Shown here: positions 45,904 through 55,589 of the stretch, one piece after another
Numbering within the stretch: the stretch's first letter is position 1
Layout of the letters: each line of letters begins with the position of its first letter
Assembly (NCBI GenBank): GCA_020633335.1
Contig: JACKDU010000002.1
Coordinates: 250,730 to 314,729 of the forward strand
Direction: 5' to 3'
DNA length: 64,000 nt
Origin: Myxococcales bacterium
GTDB lineage: Bacteria > Myxococcota_A > Polyangia > Nannocystales > Nannocystaceae
Notes under the pieces: generated by a model
Seen by the model: the letters and a program-made list of their open reading frames with translations, nothing else
What the model was told of the DNA's origin: nothing
Databases searched by the model: none
Made by a program: the position numbers and the translations under genes

Positions 45904-46653
45904 CTACAAGGTCGACGATCCTCGCCGCTTCCTCAGCAGCGCGTCGATCGTCGCCAGCTGCTCCGGTGTGTTGATCCCTGCGACCTCCTGGGCGCTCGCC
46001 GACACCGCGATCACCTCGCCGCGGAGGACCGCCCGCTCGACCAGATCCGTGAGATAGATCTCACCCTGGGCGTTGTCGGTGCCCAGCCGCGGGAGCTCCT
46101 CGCGGAGGAGGTCGACATCGGCGCAATAGATCCCCGCGTTGCACTCGCGGATCGCCCGCTCCTCCGGGCTCGCGTCGCGCTCCTCCCGGATCCCGACGAC
46201 CTGCCCCCGCTCGCGGAGGATCCGCCCGTAGCCGGTCACCGAGGGCGGCTCAAAGGTCACGAGCGCGAGGCCTGCCGGGCTCCGTCCGGCCGCGGCCGCC
46301 AGGGCCTCGAGGGTCGCCGCCCGCAGGAGGGGGACGTCGCCGCTCAGGATGAGGACGGCCCCGCGGTGCTCCGCCAGCGCCTCGAGGCCGCAGAGGACCG
46401 CATGCCCGGTCCCCCGCTGCTCGGCCTGGAGGGCGAAGCGCGCCCGCGGGAAGGCGCGGGCGACCGCGTCGCGGACCCGCTCTGCCTGGTGACCGACGAC
46501 CACCACGAGCTCGCCGGCGCCGGCGTCGACCGCCGCCTGCAGGGGATAGAGCACCATCGGCGCCCCGGCGACCGGATGGAGGACCTTGGCGAGATCGGAG
46601 CCCATCCGCGTCCCCTTGCCCGCCGCGAGGACCAGTGCTGCTGGGGGATGCAC
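45904..46653 (-). CDS. sugar-phosphate nucleotidyltransferase (GlmU N-terminal domain-like)
   Basis: LAAGKGTRMGSDLAKVLHPVAG matches the GlmU pyrophosphorylase signature. 249 aa, with no left-handed beta-helix acetyltransferase domain. Confidence 0.7.
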   Translation of the reverse strand: MHPPAALVLAAGKGTRMGSDLAKVLHPVAGAPMVLYPLQAAVDAGAGELVVVVGHQAERVRDAVARAFPRARFALQAEQRGTGHAVLCGLEALAEHRGAVLILSGDVPLLRAATLEALAAAAGRSPAGLALVTFEPPSVTGYGRILRERGQVVGIREERDASPEERAIRECNAGIYCADVDLLREELPRLGTDNAQGEIYLTDLVERAVLRGEVIAVSASAQEVAGINTPEQLATIDALLRKRRGSSTL

Positions 46654-46776
46654 CGGCGCACCCTACCCGCGAACGCGACCGCCGGCGACAAAGCGCCCGA
46701 AAGCCGGCGATGGCCGCTCTCGCGCCTCGCCGGACGCAGAGCGCGCCCCGCTCCCCGGCTCTCCGCGATATCCTCT

Positions 46777-46791
46777 TGGCGCTAGCGTTGC
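46777..46791 (+). promoter_or_regulatory. putative sigma54 promoter for the DUF4388 gene
   Basis: TGGCGC-tagcg-TTGC. Single deviation from TGGCAC-N5-TTGC. 62 bp upstream of ATG 46853. Confidence 0.45.
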
Positions 46792-46852
46792 CCCTGTGCA
46801 AGCCTGCCCTCGACGCCCGCCGCGTCCGGCCGGTCTAGCCCGCGAGTGATTC

Positions 46853-49012
46853 ATGACTGAGCAAGCCGACACCGATTCCGGTTTCCCGACCAAGGGGTCG
46901 CTCAAGCGCATCCCCTTCCCTCAGCTCGTCCGCCAGATCGCCCGCGCCGAGATCACCGGCAGCCTCTACCTGCTCAACGGCCAGACGAAGAAGGTCGTCT
47001 TCTTCCGCAGCGGCAAGCCAGTCTCGGTCCGCTCCAACGTGATCTCCGAGTGCCTCGGCCAGATCCTCGCCCAGGAGGGGATCATCACCCAGGAGCAGAG
47101 CGACAACTCGCTCGAGGCGGTCCGCCGCACCGGCAAGAAGCAGGGCGAGCTCCTGATCGAGATGGGCCTCCTCTCCGAGGGCAACCTCCACTACGGCCTC
47201 GACGCCCAGTTCCGGACCAAGCTCGGCGACATCTTCTCGTGGGAGGAGGGGCGCTTCCAGTTCAAGCCCGGGGGCGACGACGGCGGCGAGGCGCCGCCCT
47301 CCGAGTGCCACGAGAACATCATCATCGCGGCGATCCAGGAGCGCTACACCGACGAGCGGGCGCGCCACGCCCTCCGCCCCTTCGCCGGCAAGTACCCGGT
47401 GGCGACGCCGCGCTGGACCTCGAACATCGCGCCCCTCGGCCTGATCCCCGAGGAGGAGTACTTCGTCCGCTGCCTCGACGGCAGCCGCAGCGTCGACGAT
47501 CTCCTCAGCGGGACGATCGACCCCGAGGTCCCGCGGGTGTCGACGCTCCTCTACGGGCTCATCGAGGCCGGGATCGTCGATCTCAAGGAGCGCAAGCTCC
47601 TCGCCCGCCCGCGGCCGCAGAAGCCGATCCTCCAGCCCCGTGAATTCGACGACGACGACCTCGCGCCGGACTTCGAGCCCGCCAGCGTGATCGGCGAGTA
47701 CGAGGACACGCCGCTGCCGAGCCGGCTGCCGAGCCCGGCCGCGTCGACCTCGCGCCTGCCGGCGCTGCCGACCGAGGACGAGGAGATGTTCGCGGGCGTC
47801 GCCGCCCTCGACGAGGACGAGAGCGTGGTCCTCGACACCCGCGACATCCGCGGACGCCCCGGCCGCTTCGCCCCCGCGCCGGCCCCCGCCCCCGCGCCGG
47901 CCCCGGCCCCGCTGAGCGACCTCGACGACGACGAGACCGACTTCAGCGACCTCGACGACGAGGCGCCCCACCGCGAGGAGCCGACCACCCTCGACGGCGG
48001 CCCCCTCGACCTCGACGAGGAGAGCTTCGACGACGAGGTCGAGCTCCTCGACGAGGAGGAGATGGTCGAGATGGTCGAGGAGGTCGAGCCGGTCGAGGCG
48101 ATCGAGGCGATCGAGCCCGAGCCCGCCCCCGCGGCGATCGACCCGCTCGACGCGCTCGACGACGACCTCGACGACGACCTCGACGACATCGACGAGCTGG
48201 CGACCGCGGCGATCGAGCCCGAGGACTCGATGGAGCTGCCGGCCGCCGCCGTGATCGAGGAGCTGAGCGCGACGGGCCTCGACGCGCTCCCCGAGCTCGA
48301 GCCGGGCGACTCGGCGATCGAGGCGATCCCGCTCGACGAGATCAGCGAGGTGGCGCCGGTCGCCGACGTCCTCGATGAGCTCGACGACATCGACGACCTC
48401 GCCCTCGACGCCGGCGAGCTCGCCCTCGACGACGTCGAGCTCGGCGACCTCGGCGACCTCGACGACCTCGCGGACGACCTCGGCGACCTCGACGACCTCG
48501 ACCTCGGCGACATCGACGACATCGACGACGACCTCCTGGTCAGCGAGAGCCAGGCGGCCGCGCCGGTCGAGATCGCCGAGATCGGTGACATCGACGACAT
48601 CGGCGACCTCGACGACATCGACGACCTCGCCCTCGACGACGAGCTCGGCGGCGACGTCGGCGGCCAGCGCTATCAAGAGGCGGTCAACGCGATGAGCGAG
48701 GGCGACTTCGCCTCGGCCAGCGTCCTCTTCGAGGAGGCCTACCAGCACGGCTACGACTACGCCGAGCTCCACTCGATGCTGGCCTACGCCCGCTACCGGG
48801 CCGCCGGTGGCAACCCGGCCGCGGCCCAGGACTCCCTCGAGCTCCTCGACTACGCCGAGCAGCGCGATCCGGATCTCGACATGGTCCACGCCTACCGCGG
48901 GGCGATCCTCCTCGGCCTCGGGGCGACCGACAGCGCCCGCGAGAGCTTCGAGCGCGCCCTCCAGCTCAACCCCTACTGCGAGCTGGCGATCCAGTACATC
49001 AACAACATGTAG
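46853..49012 (+). CDS. DUF4388-like domain protein with ~330-aa poly-acidic repeat region and C-terminal TPR
   Basis: N-terminal SLYLLNGQTKKVVFFRSGKPV (DUF4388-like, duplicated). (PA)5 linker. aa ~255-600 dominated by D/E/L repeats (DLDDL, DIDDL). C-terminal TPR (YQHGYDYAELHSMLAYARY…ALQLNPY). Confidence 0.7.
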   Translation: MTEQADTDSGFPTKGSLKRIPFPQLVRQIARAEITGSLYLLNGQTKKVVFFRSGKPVSVRSNVISECLGQILAQEGIITQEQSDNSLEAVRRTGKKQGELLIEMGLLSEGNLHYGLDAQFRTKLGDIFSWEEGRFQFKPGGDDGGEAPPSECHENIIIAAIQERYTDERARHALRPFAGKYPVATPRWTSNIAPLGLIPEEEYFVRCLDGSRSVDDLLSGTIDPEVPRVSTLLYGLIEAGIVDLKERKLLARPRPQKPILQPREFDDDDLAPDFEPASVIGEYEDTPLPSRLPSPAASTSRLPALPTEDEEMFAGVAALDEDESVVLDTRDIRGRPGRFAPAPAPAPAPAPAPLSDLDDDETDFSDLDDEAPHREEPTTLDGGPLDLDEESFDDEVELLDEEEMVEMVEEVEPVEAIEAIEPEPAPAAIDPLDALDDDLDDDLDDIDELATAAIEPEDSMELPAAAVIEELSATGLDALPELEPGDSAIEAIPLDEISEVAPVADVLDELDDIDDLALDAGELALDDVELGDLGDLDDLADDLGDLDDLDLGDIDDIDDDLLVSESQAAAPVEIAEIGDIDDIGDLDDIDDLALDDELGGDVGGQRYQEAVNAMSEGDFASASVLFEEAYQHGYDYAELHSMLAYARYRAAGGNPAAAQDSLELLDYAEQRDPDLDMVHAYRGAILLGLGATDSARESFERALQLNPYCELAIQYINNM

Positions 49013-49045
49013 GGCGCGGGGAGGCGCGCGGCTCCCCGGCGCGCC

Positions 49046-50119
49046 TCACTCGCCCGCGCTCTCGGCCGCAGCCGCCGCGCCGCCGCTGTCGCCCGCGCCC
49101 TCGGCGGCAGCCCCCTCGCCGCGCTGGCCGAGGCGATCGAAGCGGAGGTTGCTGGCGTCGCGCACCAGGTCGCCAAACTCGGCGAGCACCTTGTCGACCT
49201 CCGCCCGGCCCGCGTCGCCGCCGCGGATCCGCCCGAGGAGCGCCCGCGCGGCCGTGAAGTACTCGTCGGCGCTGGTGATGAAGTGATCGAACCAGAAGAC
49301 CCGCGCCCCCTCGTCGGGGTGGGCCTCGAGGTAGGCGTGGAGCTCGCCGTGGGCCTCCTCGAGGGTGAAGTAGGCGGCCTCGCAGGCGCTCGTGGGCCCC
49401 TCGCCGAGGCACTGGATCAGCGGCCGCGAGCGCATCACGAAGGCCCGGCTCTGGTACTCGAGCCCGCGACCGGAGCGCCGCTCGATCCGCTCGAGCACCG
49501 CGGTGTCGACCCGCTCCTGGCTGGCGGCGATCTCGATCCCGAGGCCCTCGGCGGCCGCGACCCAGGCGTCGTAGGCCGAGACCAGCGCGCTCCGCTCCGC
49601 GCTCAGGCGCTCGCGGGTCGCCGGGTCCGGCTGGCCGCGGTGGGTCGCCAGCGCGTCGATCGATGCGAGCGCCGCCGCCAGGCGCTCGCGGTAGGCGGTC
49701 AGCGCGTCGACGTAGGCGGCCGTCTTGGCCTCGAGATCAGCCTGCGGCGGCTGGAGGTGGGGCCCCTCCTTCCGGGCCTTCATGCAGCGCTCGACCCCCT
49801 GCTCGGGGATCGGCCCCAGCTCCTCGCGCGGCTCCTTGGTCCGCGGGATCCCGCCCTCGTCGACCCGCGCGAGGTAGAGGCGCTGGCGCTCGCGGACCGC
49901 GGCGTCGGTCGCCCGGGCGCACTCGATGTAGAGGCCGAGCTTGTTGGCGAGGAGCTCCGGCTGGGCGACGGCCGCGCCCGGGGCGTCGACCTCCTCTTTC
50001 TTGAGCTTGTCCTTGATCGTCTCCTCGAGCGCGTCCTTGATCTGCGCCGAGGTGTCCTGGGTGCAGGCGCCCCCGAGGATGCCCCCCACCACCGCAAATA
50101 CGCCAAAGAACCGCATCAT
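49046..50119 (-). CDS. lipoprotein, function unknown
   Basis: MMRFFGVFAVVGGILGGAC lipobox. Helical, Ala/Glu-rich. Confidence 0.5.
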   Translation of the reverse strand: MMRFFGVFAVVGGILGGACTQDTSAQIKDALEETIKDKLKKEEVDAPGAAVAQPELLANKLGLYIECARATDAAVRERQRLYLARVDEGGIPRTKEPREELGPIPEQGVERCMKARKEGPHLQPPQADLEAKTAAYVDALTAYRERLAAALASIDALATHRGQPDPATRERLSAERSALVSAYDAWVAAAEGLGIEIAASQERVDTAVLERIERRSGRGLEYQSRAFVMRSRPLIQCLGEGPTSACEAAYFTLEEAHGELHAYLEAHPDEGARVFWFDHFITSADEYFTAARALLGRIRGGDAGRAEVDKVLAEFGDLVRDASNLRFDRLGQRGEGAAAEGAGDSGGAAAAAESAGE

Positions 50120-50151
50120 CGCCGCCACACCACGTTGCCACGCGCCCCCGC

Positions 50152-51195
50152 CTAGATCCAGTGGGGATCGGCGGGGACGATGATCCTGAGGTAGTGGAAG
50201 AGGTTCTCGACCCGGTAGTGGTCGGCGTAGTGGAACTCCTCGCCGTCGAGCTGGGCGTAGAGCCGGCGGATCCGCGGCGAGCGGTAGATCCGGACCTCGA
50301 TCTCCTTGCCCGCCGGGATCTCCGGGCGGCCGAGGCCGAGGACGGCGAGGTCGTCGCGGGTCAGCGGGTTGCGCTTGTGGGCCGTGATCGTCGCCGCCAT
50401 CCAGTCGGCGTGGCCGCGCATCACCACGACCTCGAAGCGGCCGTCGTCGGGCTTGGCGTCGGGCGCGAAGATCCAGTCGCCGCCGTAGAGGAGCGTCCCC
50501 TTGACGACGATGTCGGTGACCCCGCTGTACTCGTGGCAGACCCCGTCGATCGTCACCGCGGCGGCGAAGCGCGAGCGGCCGACCAGCGAGCGGAAGTAGC
50601 TGGCGAAGGCCGCCCGGACGTAGACCGCCTTGTCGCGGTAGACCCGGCGGAAGACCGGCACCCGGGCGACCCGCTCGCGGTCGCGGTTGCGGCGGGCGAG
50701 GATCTGGGCCGAGAGCCCGACCCCCCAGGAGTCGAACCAGAGGTCCTGGAGGACCACCTCGCCGCCCTCGTCGAAGGCCGAGACCCGGCCGACGTCGAGC
50801 CACTGCTCGATCCCCTCGGCGATGATCTCGACGTTGCGATCGATCGCCTTGACCCCGGCCATCACCCCGAAGGAGCGCCCCTGATCGTTGGCGGTGCCCA
50901 TCGGCAGCATCCCCATCGGCACGTCGACGCCGGCGCGCTCGCGGGCCAAAATGATCCCCTTGGCGGTCTCGGCGAAGGTCCCGTCGCCGCCGAGGTAGAT
51001 CACCCGGGCGACGTCGCCGACCTCGAGGCGCTCGGCCAGCGCCGGCACCGTCGCCCCGCCCGGGAGCGTGGCGAAGAGCTCGGGCTCCAGGCGGCGCCGC
51101 TCGAGGGCGTCCATCGCCCGGCGGATCGCCGCCGCTGCCTTGCCGGTGCGGGCGGTCGGGTTGCCGACGAGGAGAGAGACGCGGGGCCTCGGCAC
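50152..51195 (-). CDS. diacylglycerol kinase catalytic-domain family lipid kinase (YegS/BmrU-like)
   Basis: VSLLVGNPTARTGK N-terminus and GGDGT motif (VIYLGGDGTFAETAKG). GTG start. The 1258-aa ORF upstream extension is artefact. Confidence 0.7.
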   Translation of the reverse strand: MPRPRVSLLVGNPTARTGKAAAAIRRAMDALERRRLEPELFATLPGGATVPALAERLEVGDVARVIYLGGDGTFAETAKGIILARERAGVDVPMGMLPMGTANDQGRSFGVMAGVKAIDRNVEIIAEGIEQWLDVGRVSAFDEGGEVVLQDLWFDSWGVGLSAQILARRNRDRERVARVPVFRRVYRDKAVYVRAAFASYFRSLVGRSRFAAAVTIDGVCHEYSGVTDIVVKGTLLYGGDWIFAPDAKPDDGRFEVVVMRGHADWMAATITAHKRNPLTRDDLAVLGLGRPEIPAGKEIEVRIYRSPRIRRLYAQLDGEEFHYADHYRVENLFHYLRIIVPADPHWI

Positions 51196-51432
51196 GGTGG
51201 GCCAGGGTATCACTTGTCTCCGGGGCGGGGGCCCTGGGCCGAGGGCCGGCGGCCACACGCCTGGATCGCCGCAGAGCGGCCGTCCTCGGCGGCCATTCTC
51301 GGGCCTGGGGCGCGACCCCGGCCCTCGGGCGCGCGCCCCCACCGGACCGCGATCACACGCGCGGCACCGCACGACGCATCGCCCGCGAAACCCGCCCCAC
51401 CCTCGCTCGAATCTGATACCCCCGACACCACC

Positions 51433-53718
51433 ATGCGCGCCGCCCTCTGCACCCTCCTCCCCCGCGCCTCCCTCGTCACCGCCCTCGCGCTCGCCTGCGT
51501 GAGCGCCTGCGCGACGACGGGCGACGGCGCGAGCCCTTCGACCCCGCCCCCCGCGACCGCTGACGGCGCCCAGGGGGGCGCCCAGGCGGCGACCGGCGGC
51601 TTTGAGAACCAGGGCGGGATGTGGATGCCGCAGCAGCTCGCCAGCCACGTCGATGAGCTCAAGAAGGCCGGCTTCGCCCTCGATCCCGCGGTCCTCACCG
51701 ACCCGACCGCCTTCCCGCTCGGCGCGGTCGTCAGCCTCGGCGGCTGCTCGGCGTCCTTCGTCTCGCCCGAGGGGCTGATCATCACCAACCACCACTGCGT
51801 GACCGGCTACCTCCAGCACAACTCGACCCCGCAGGCGAACCTCCTCGAGAAGGGCTACCTCGCGCGGACCCGGGCCGACGAGCGCTCCGGCGGGCCGACC
51901 AAGCGGGTCTACGTCACCCGCGCCTTCACCCGGGTCACCGACCGGGTCCTCGGCGGCCTCGACAACGTCGCCGGCGGCGAGCGCTACAAGACGATCTCCG
52001 ACCGCCGCAAGGAGATCGTCGGCGAGTGCGAGCGCGCCCACGAGAACACCCGCTGCCAGGTCGCCAGCTTCTACGAGGGCGCCGAGTACTACCAGATCGA
52101 GCAGCTCGAGATCCGCGACGTCCGCCTGGTCTACGCCCCGGACGCGGGGATCGGCGTCTTCGGCGGCGAGATCGACAACTGGCGGTGGCCCCGGCACACC
52201 GGCGACTACTCCTTCCTCCGCGCCTACGTCGGCCCCGACGGCAAGCCCGCGGACTACTCCGAGAAGAACGTCCCCTTCCAGCCGCAGCACCACCTCCGGG
52301 TCGCCCAGGAGCCGACCCGCGCCGGTGACTTCGTGATGGTCGCCGGCTACCCCGGCCGGACCTCGCGCCTGAAGACCGCCGCCGAGGTCCAGGAGGCCGC
52401 GAGCTGGTACTACCCGCGGCAGATCGCGATGTACGAGGAGTACATCGCCACCCTCGAGGCGGCCAGCCAGGGGCGCCCGGAGATCGGGATCAAGGCGGCC
52501 GGGCGCCTCCGCGGCCTCAACAACTACCTGACCAACTTCAAGGGGATGCTCGACGGCCTGGTGAAGGGCAAGCTCGCCGACGAGCGGGTCAAGATCGAGG
52601 GCGAGCTCCAGGCCTGGATCGACGCCGACGCCCAGCGCAAGGCGAAGTACGGCGACGTCCTCGCGGCGATGGCCAAGCTCGACGCCGAGGAGTCGACCAC
52701 CCGCGAGCGCGACATGGCCCACGGCGAGGTGATCCGGGCGTCGGCGCTCCTGCGGACCGCCCAGCGGATCCTCAAGATGGCCGACGAGCGCGGCAAGCCC
52801 GACGAGAAGCGCGCCCCCGGCTACCAGAAGCGCGACCTCGGCGATCTCGAGCAGGAGATGATCGCCATGCAGTCGTCCTTCGATCCCGAGCTCGACCGCG
52901 CGGTCCTCCGCCTCTTCCTCACCCGCGCCGCCCGCCTCCCCGAGGCCGATCGTCCGGCCGTCCTGGCGACCATCGTCGACGCCGCGACGATCGACGACGC
53001 GGCGATCGACAAGGCCCTCGACCGCCTCTACAAGGGGACCAAGCTCGGCGATCCCAAGGTCCGGGTGAAGCTCCTCAAGAGCGCGAGCGCGGCCTCGCTC
53101 AAGTCGAGCAAAGATCCCTTCATCCGCCTGGCGATCGCCCTCCAGCCCGAGGTCGACGCCTACGACAAGCGCCAGGAGGAGCGCGCGGGGGCGATGGCCG
53201 CCCTCCGGCCGCGCTACATCGCCGCCCTCCGCGAGAAGAACGGCGACATCGCCCCCGACGCCAACTCGACCCTGCGGGTCACCTTCGGCACCGTCCGCGG
53301 CTACCGCCCGCGCCCCGAGGCGCCGATCTACCGCCCCTTCACCACCCTCTCGGAGATGCTCGCCAAGCACACCGGCGAGGAGCCCTTCAACGCGCCGCCC
53401 GAGCTCCTCGAGGCCGCCCGCGCCCGCAAGGTCGGGCCCTACGTCGACGAGGTCCTCGGCGAGGTCCCGGTCAACTACCTCGCCGACCTCGACATCACCG
53501 GCGGCAACTCGGGCTCGGCGACCCTCAACGCCCGCGGCGAGCTCGTCGGCCTGGTCTTCGACGGCAACTACGAGGCGATGGCCTCGGACTGGCTCTTCAT
53601 CCCCGAGATCACCCGGTCGATCCACGTCGACATCCGCTACATCCTCTGGATCATGGACGCGGTCGACGGCGCCGAGCACCTGATGCAGGAGATGGGGGTC
53701 ACGCCGGCGATCGACTGA
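51433..53718 (+). CDS. S46-family dipeptidyl-peptidase (DPP7/DPP11-like), lipoprotein
   Basis: Signal peptide plus Cys. GCSASFVSPEGLIITNHHCV (catalytic His region), GGNSGSA (catalytic Ser, GxSGS). 761 aa. Confidence 0.8.
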   Translation: MRAALCTLLPRASLVTALALACVSACATTGDGASPSTPPPATADGAQGGAQAATGGFENQGGMWMPQQLASHVDELKKAGFALDPAVLTDPTAFPLGAVVSLGGCSASFVSPEGLIITNHHCVTGYLQHNSTPQANLLEKGYLARTRADERSGGPTKRVYVTRAFTRVTDRVLGGLDNVAGGERYKTISDRRKEIVGECERAHENTRCQVASFYEGAEYYQIEQLEIRDVRLVYAPDAGIGVFGGEIDNWRWPRHTGDYSFLRAYVGPDGKPADYSEKNVPFQPQHHLRVAQEPTRAGDFVMVAGYPGRTSRLKTAAEVQEAASWYYPRQIAMYEEYIATLEAASQGRPEIGIKAAGRLRGLNNYLTNFKGMLDGLVKGKLADERVKIEGELQAWIDADAQRKAKYGDVLAAMAKLDAEESTTRERDMAHGEVIRASALLRTAQRILKMADERGKPDEKRAPGYQKRDLGDLEQEMIAMQSSFDPELDRAVLRLFLTRAARLPEADRPAVLATIVDAATIDDAAIDKALDRLYKGTKLGDPKVRVKLLKSASAASLKSSKDPFIRLAIALQPEVDAYDKRQEERAGAMAALRPRYIAALREKNGDIAPDANSTLRVTFGTVRGYRPRPEAPIYRPFTTLSEMLAKHTGEEPFNAPPELLEAARARKVGPYVDEVLGEVPVNYLADLDITGGNSGSATLNARGELVGLVFDGNYEAMASDWLFIPEITRSIHVDIRYILWIMDAVDGAEHLMQEMGVTPAID

Positions 53719-53737
53719 TCGACTGATCGATTGATCG
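53709..53737. repeat. tandem gatcgact x3.5 overlapping the S46 peptidase stop codon
   Basis: gatcgactgatcgactgatcgattgatcg. Four GATC sites in 29 bp. Confidence 0.85.
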
Positions 53738-53761
53738 CAGCGAGCCGCTCGCTCGCCCGCC

Positions 53762-53806
53762 CGACACCCCGCCCGTCGCCGACGGCGCGGGGTGTCGATC
53801 GTTTTG
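53762..53806 (+). terminator. intrinsic terminator of the S46 peptidase gene
   Basis: Perfect 11-bp stem cgacaccccgc/gcggggtgtcg with palindromic loop, followed by atcgttttg. Confidence 0.55.
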
Positions 53807-54061
53807 CGACATGTTCGATCGGACATGTTCGTCGGCGCGGAGGAGAACACCGCGACACCGCCGACGAAGCCGACGAGGGACGACCGCTCGGCCAGGGCGC
53901 CGCTCGCTTCGTGGGCTTCGTCCGCCATGCACGCGCCGCGCTAGTCCGGGCGTCGTTCGCAGCGCGGGTGCGTGCTCCGCTCGCAAGGCGGGCGCCGCTC
54001 GCGACGCGGGCGTCGCCCCCGGAGGAGACGACGCCCGCCCGCGCGAGGTGAGCGCCTGCGC

Positions 54062-55468
54062 CTACGCCTGCCGGCGCCGGCGCGCGAAGCCCCAGAGGCC
54101 CGCCCAGAGGCCGACCGCGAGGGCGCCGCGGTAGTCCGAGGCGACCGCGCAGCCCTTCGAGCTCGCGCCCGGGCTGCCGCCGACCTCGCCCGGCCCCTCG
54201 CTCGGGGCGCTGTCGTAGCTCTCGGAGCCGCTGGAGTACGACGACCCGTACGCGTCCTCGTCACTCGGCTCGGTCGGGCCGCTGCCGCTCCCACCACCGC
54301 TACCGCCGCCATCGGACGAGGACGAGCCGCCGCTCGACGAGCCACCGCCGCCGCCGCCGCTCCCGTACTTCTGCTTCTCACGCGCCTCGCGGTACTTCTC
54401 CGGGTAGGGCGGGAGATCGCCGGCCGGCCGCATGCGGGCGTCGGCCGCCTTCTTCCAGTTGCCGGGGATCGGTCCGCCGGCGGGCGGCCGCTGCGGCGAG
54501 AGGATGTACGAGGCCCGGCGGTTGCGCTCCTCGTCGACGTTGTCGGCGGTCTGGACCTTGAGGCCCTGCTCGCCCATGCCGGCGTAGTAGATCTCGCACC
54601 AGACGCCCTTCTTGCGGAAGTACTCGGCGATCGACTTCGCCCGCGCCTCGCTCAGCTTCTTGTTGTCGGCCGCGCCACCGACGGTGTCGGTGTAGCCGAT
54701 GATGTAGAGCTGGGCGGTGAGGTTGGCGCCGACCGCCTTGTTCGCCTTCTCGAGGCCGGCGAGCTCGTGCATCGCGACGATCGCCGCGTCGTCGACGCTC
54801 CCCTCCTGGTCCTTGCGGATGTCGGCCTTGCCGCTGTGGAAGACGACGTCGGTGTGCGGGATGTCGACCGACCAGGGGACCCGGATGTCCTCGGCGGTCT
54901 GGCCCTGACGACCGACGACCGCGAACTTGATCATGAAGACCTCGGCGTCGCCGTTCCAGCGGAGCTCGATCCGCTGGCCGGCCTTGCCGGGATCGCGGCC
55001 GGTGTCCTCGAACATGACGTTGCCGTCGCTGTCGTAGACCGTGAAGGTGTAGGTCTCGACCTCGTAGGGGACGCGGTAGGCGACCCGGCGCTCGCGGATG
55101 TCGTCGATGTTGAAGAGCGGCTCGATCTTGCCGCCGGCCGCCGTCGCCTTGCCGCCGGCCGCGGGGCGCATCATCTCGAAGTTGCCCGAGCCCTGGAGGG
55201 CACCGGCGATCTCCATCGAGTAGGCCGCCTGCTGGCCGTTCTGGACCCACTTCACCTTGTAGGTCTGGCCCGACTTGAGGCCGTTGACGCTCTTCTTGAT
55301 GACCTGCTTGTCGCCCTTGATCGTCACCTCGAAGGCGCCGACGTTCTCGTTGGCGGTGAGGACCAGCTCGGCTTCGCCCTTCTCGCTCGTCAGGTTGTTG
55401 AACGAGTAGCTGAAGGGATCGGCCAGCCAGAGGGCGAGGAGGAGGCCAGGGAGGATCGGCATCGGCAT
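54062..55468 (-). CDS. OmpA-family protein with C-terminal MYXO-CTERM-type sorting signal
   Basis: Signal peptide. OmpA_C peptidoglycan-binding motif (GYTDTVGGAADNKKLSEARAKSIAEYF). Gly/Ser-rich linker. Tail SKGCAVASDYRGALAVGLWAGLWGFARRRRQA (GC, hydrophobic helix, RRRR). Confidence 0.7.
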   Translation of the reverse strand: MPMPILPGLLLALWLADPFSYSFNNLTSEKGEAELVLTANENVGAFEVTIKGDKQVIKKSVNGLKSGQTYKVKWVQNGQQAAYSMEIAGALQGSGNFEMMRPAAGGKATAAGGKIEPLFNIDDIRERRVAYRVPYEVETYTFTVYDSDGNVMFEDTGRDPGKAGQRIELRWNGDAEVFMIKFAVVGRQGQTAEDIRVPWSVDIPHTDVVFHSGKADIRKDQEGSVDDAAIVAMHELAGLEKANKAVGANLTAQLYIIGYTDTVGGAADNKKLSEARAKSIAEYFRKKGVWCEIYYAGMGEQGLKVQTADNVDEERNRRASYILSPQRPPAGGPIPGNWKKAADARMRPAGDLPPYPEKYREAREKQKYGSGGGGGGSSSGGSSSSDGGGSGGGSGSGPTEPSDEDAYGSSYSSGSESYDSAPSEGPGEVGGSPGASSKGCAVASDYRGALAVGLWAGLWGFARRRRQA

Positions 55469-55589
55469 GGTGATTTCGGGCTCCGGCTCGGTTTTCGGCG
55501 GACGCACCGTACCACGTCCAGGGGGGCCCAGGGAACGCCGGTCCCCCGTCTTGACAGCCCCCCTCCAGACCCCCTACGAAGGTTGTCGC

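Noticed and set aside
50152-53928. 1258-aa minus ORF and 1185-aa plus ORF spanning 50.1-53.9 kb
   Set aside because: Each contains one real gene at one end (DAGK-family kinase 50152-51195 minus; S46 peptidase 51433-53718 plus). The remainder is artefactual extension.
53825-53944. 39-codon high-GC3 ORF after the S46 terminator
   Set aside because: Too short and without homology signal to call; recorded only as a possibility.
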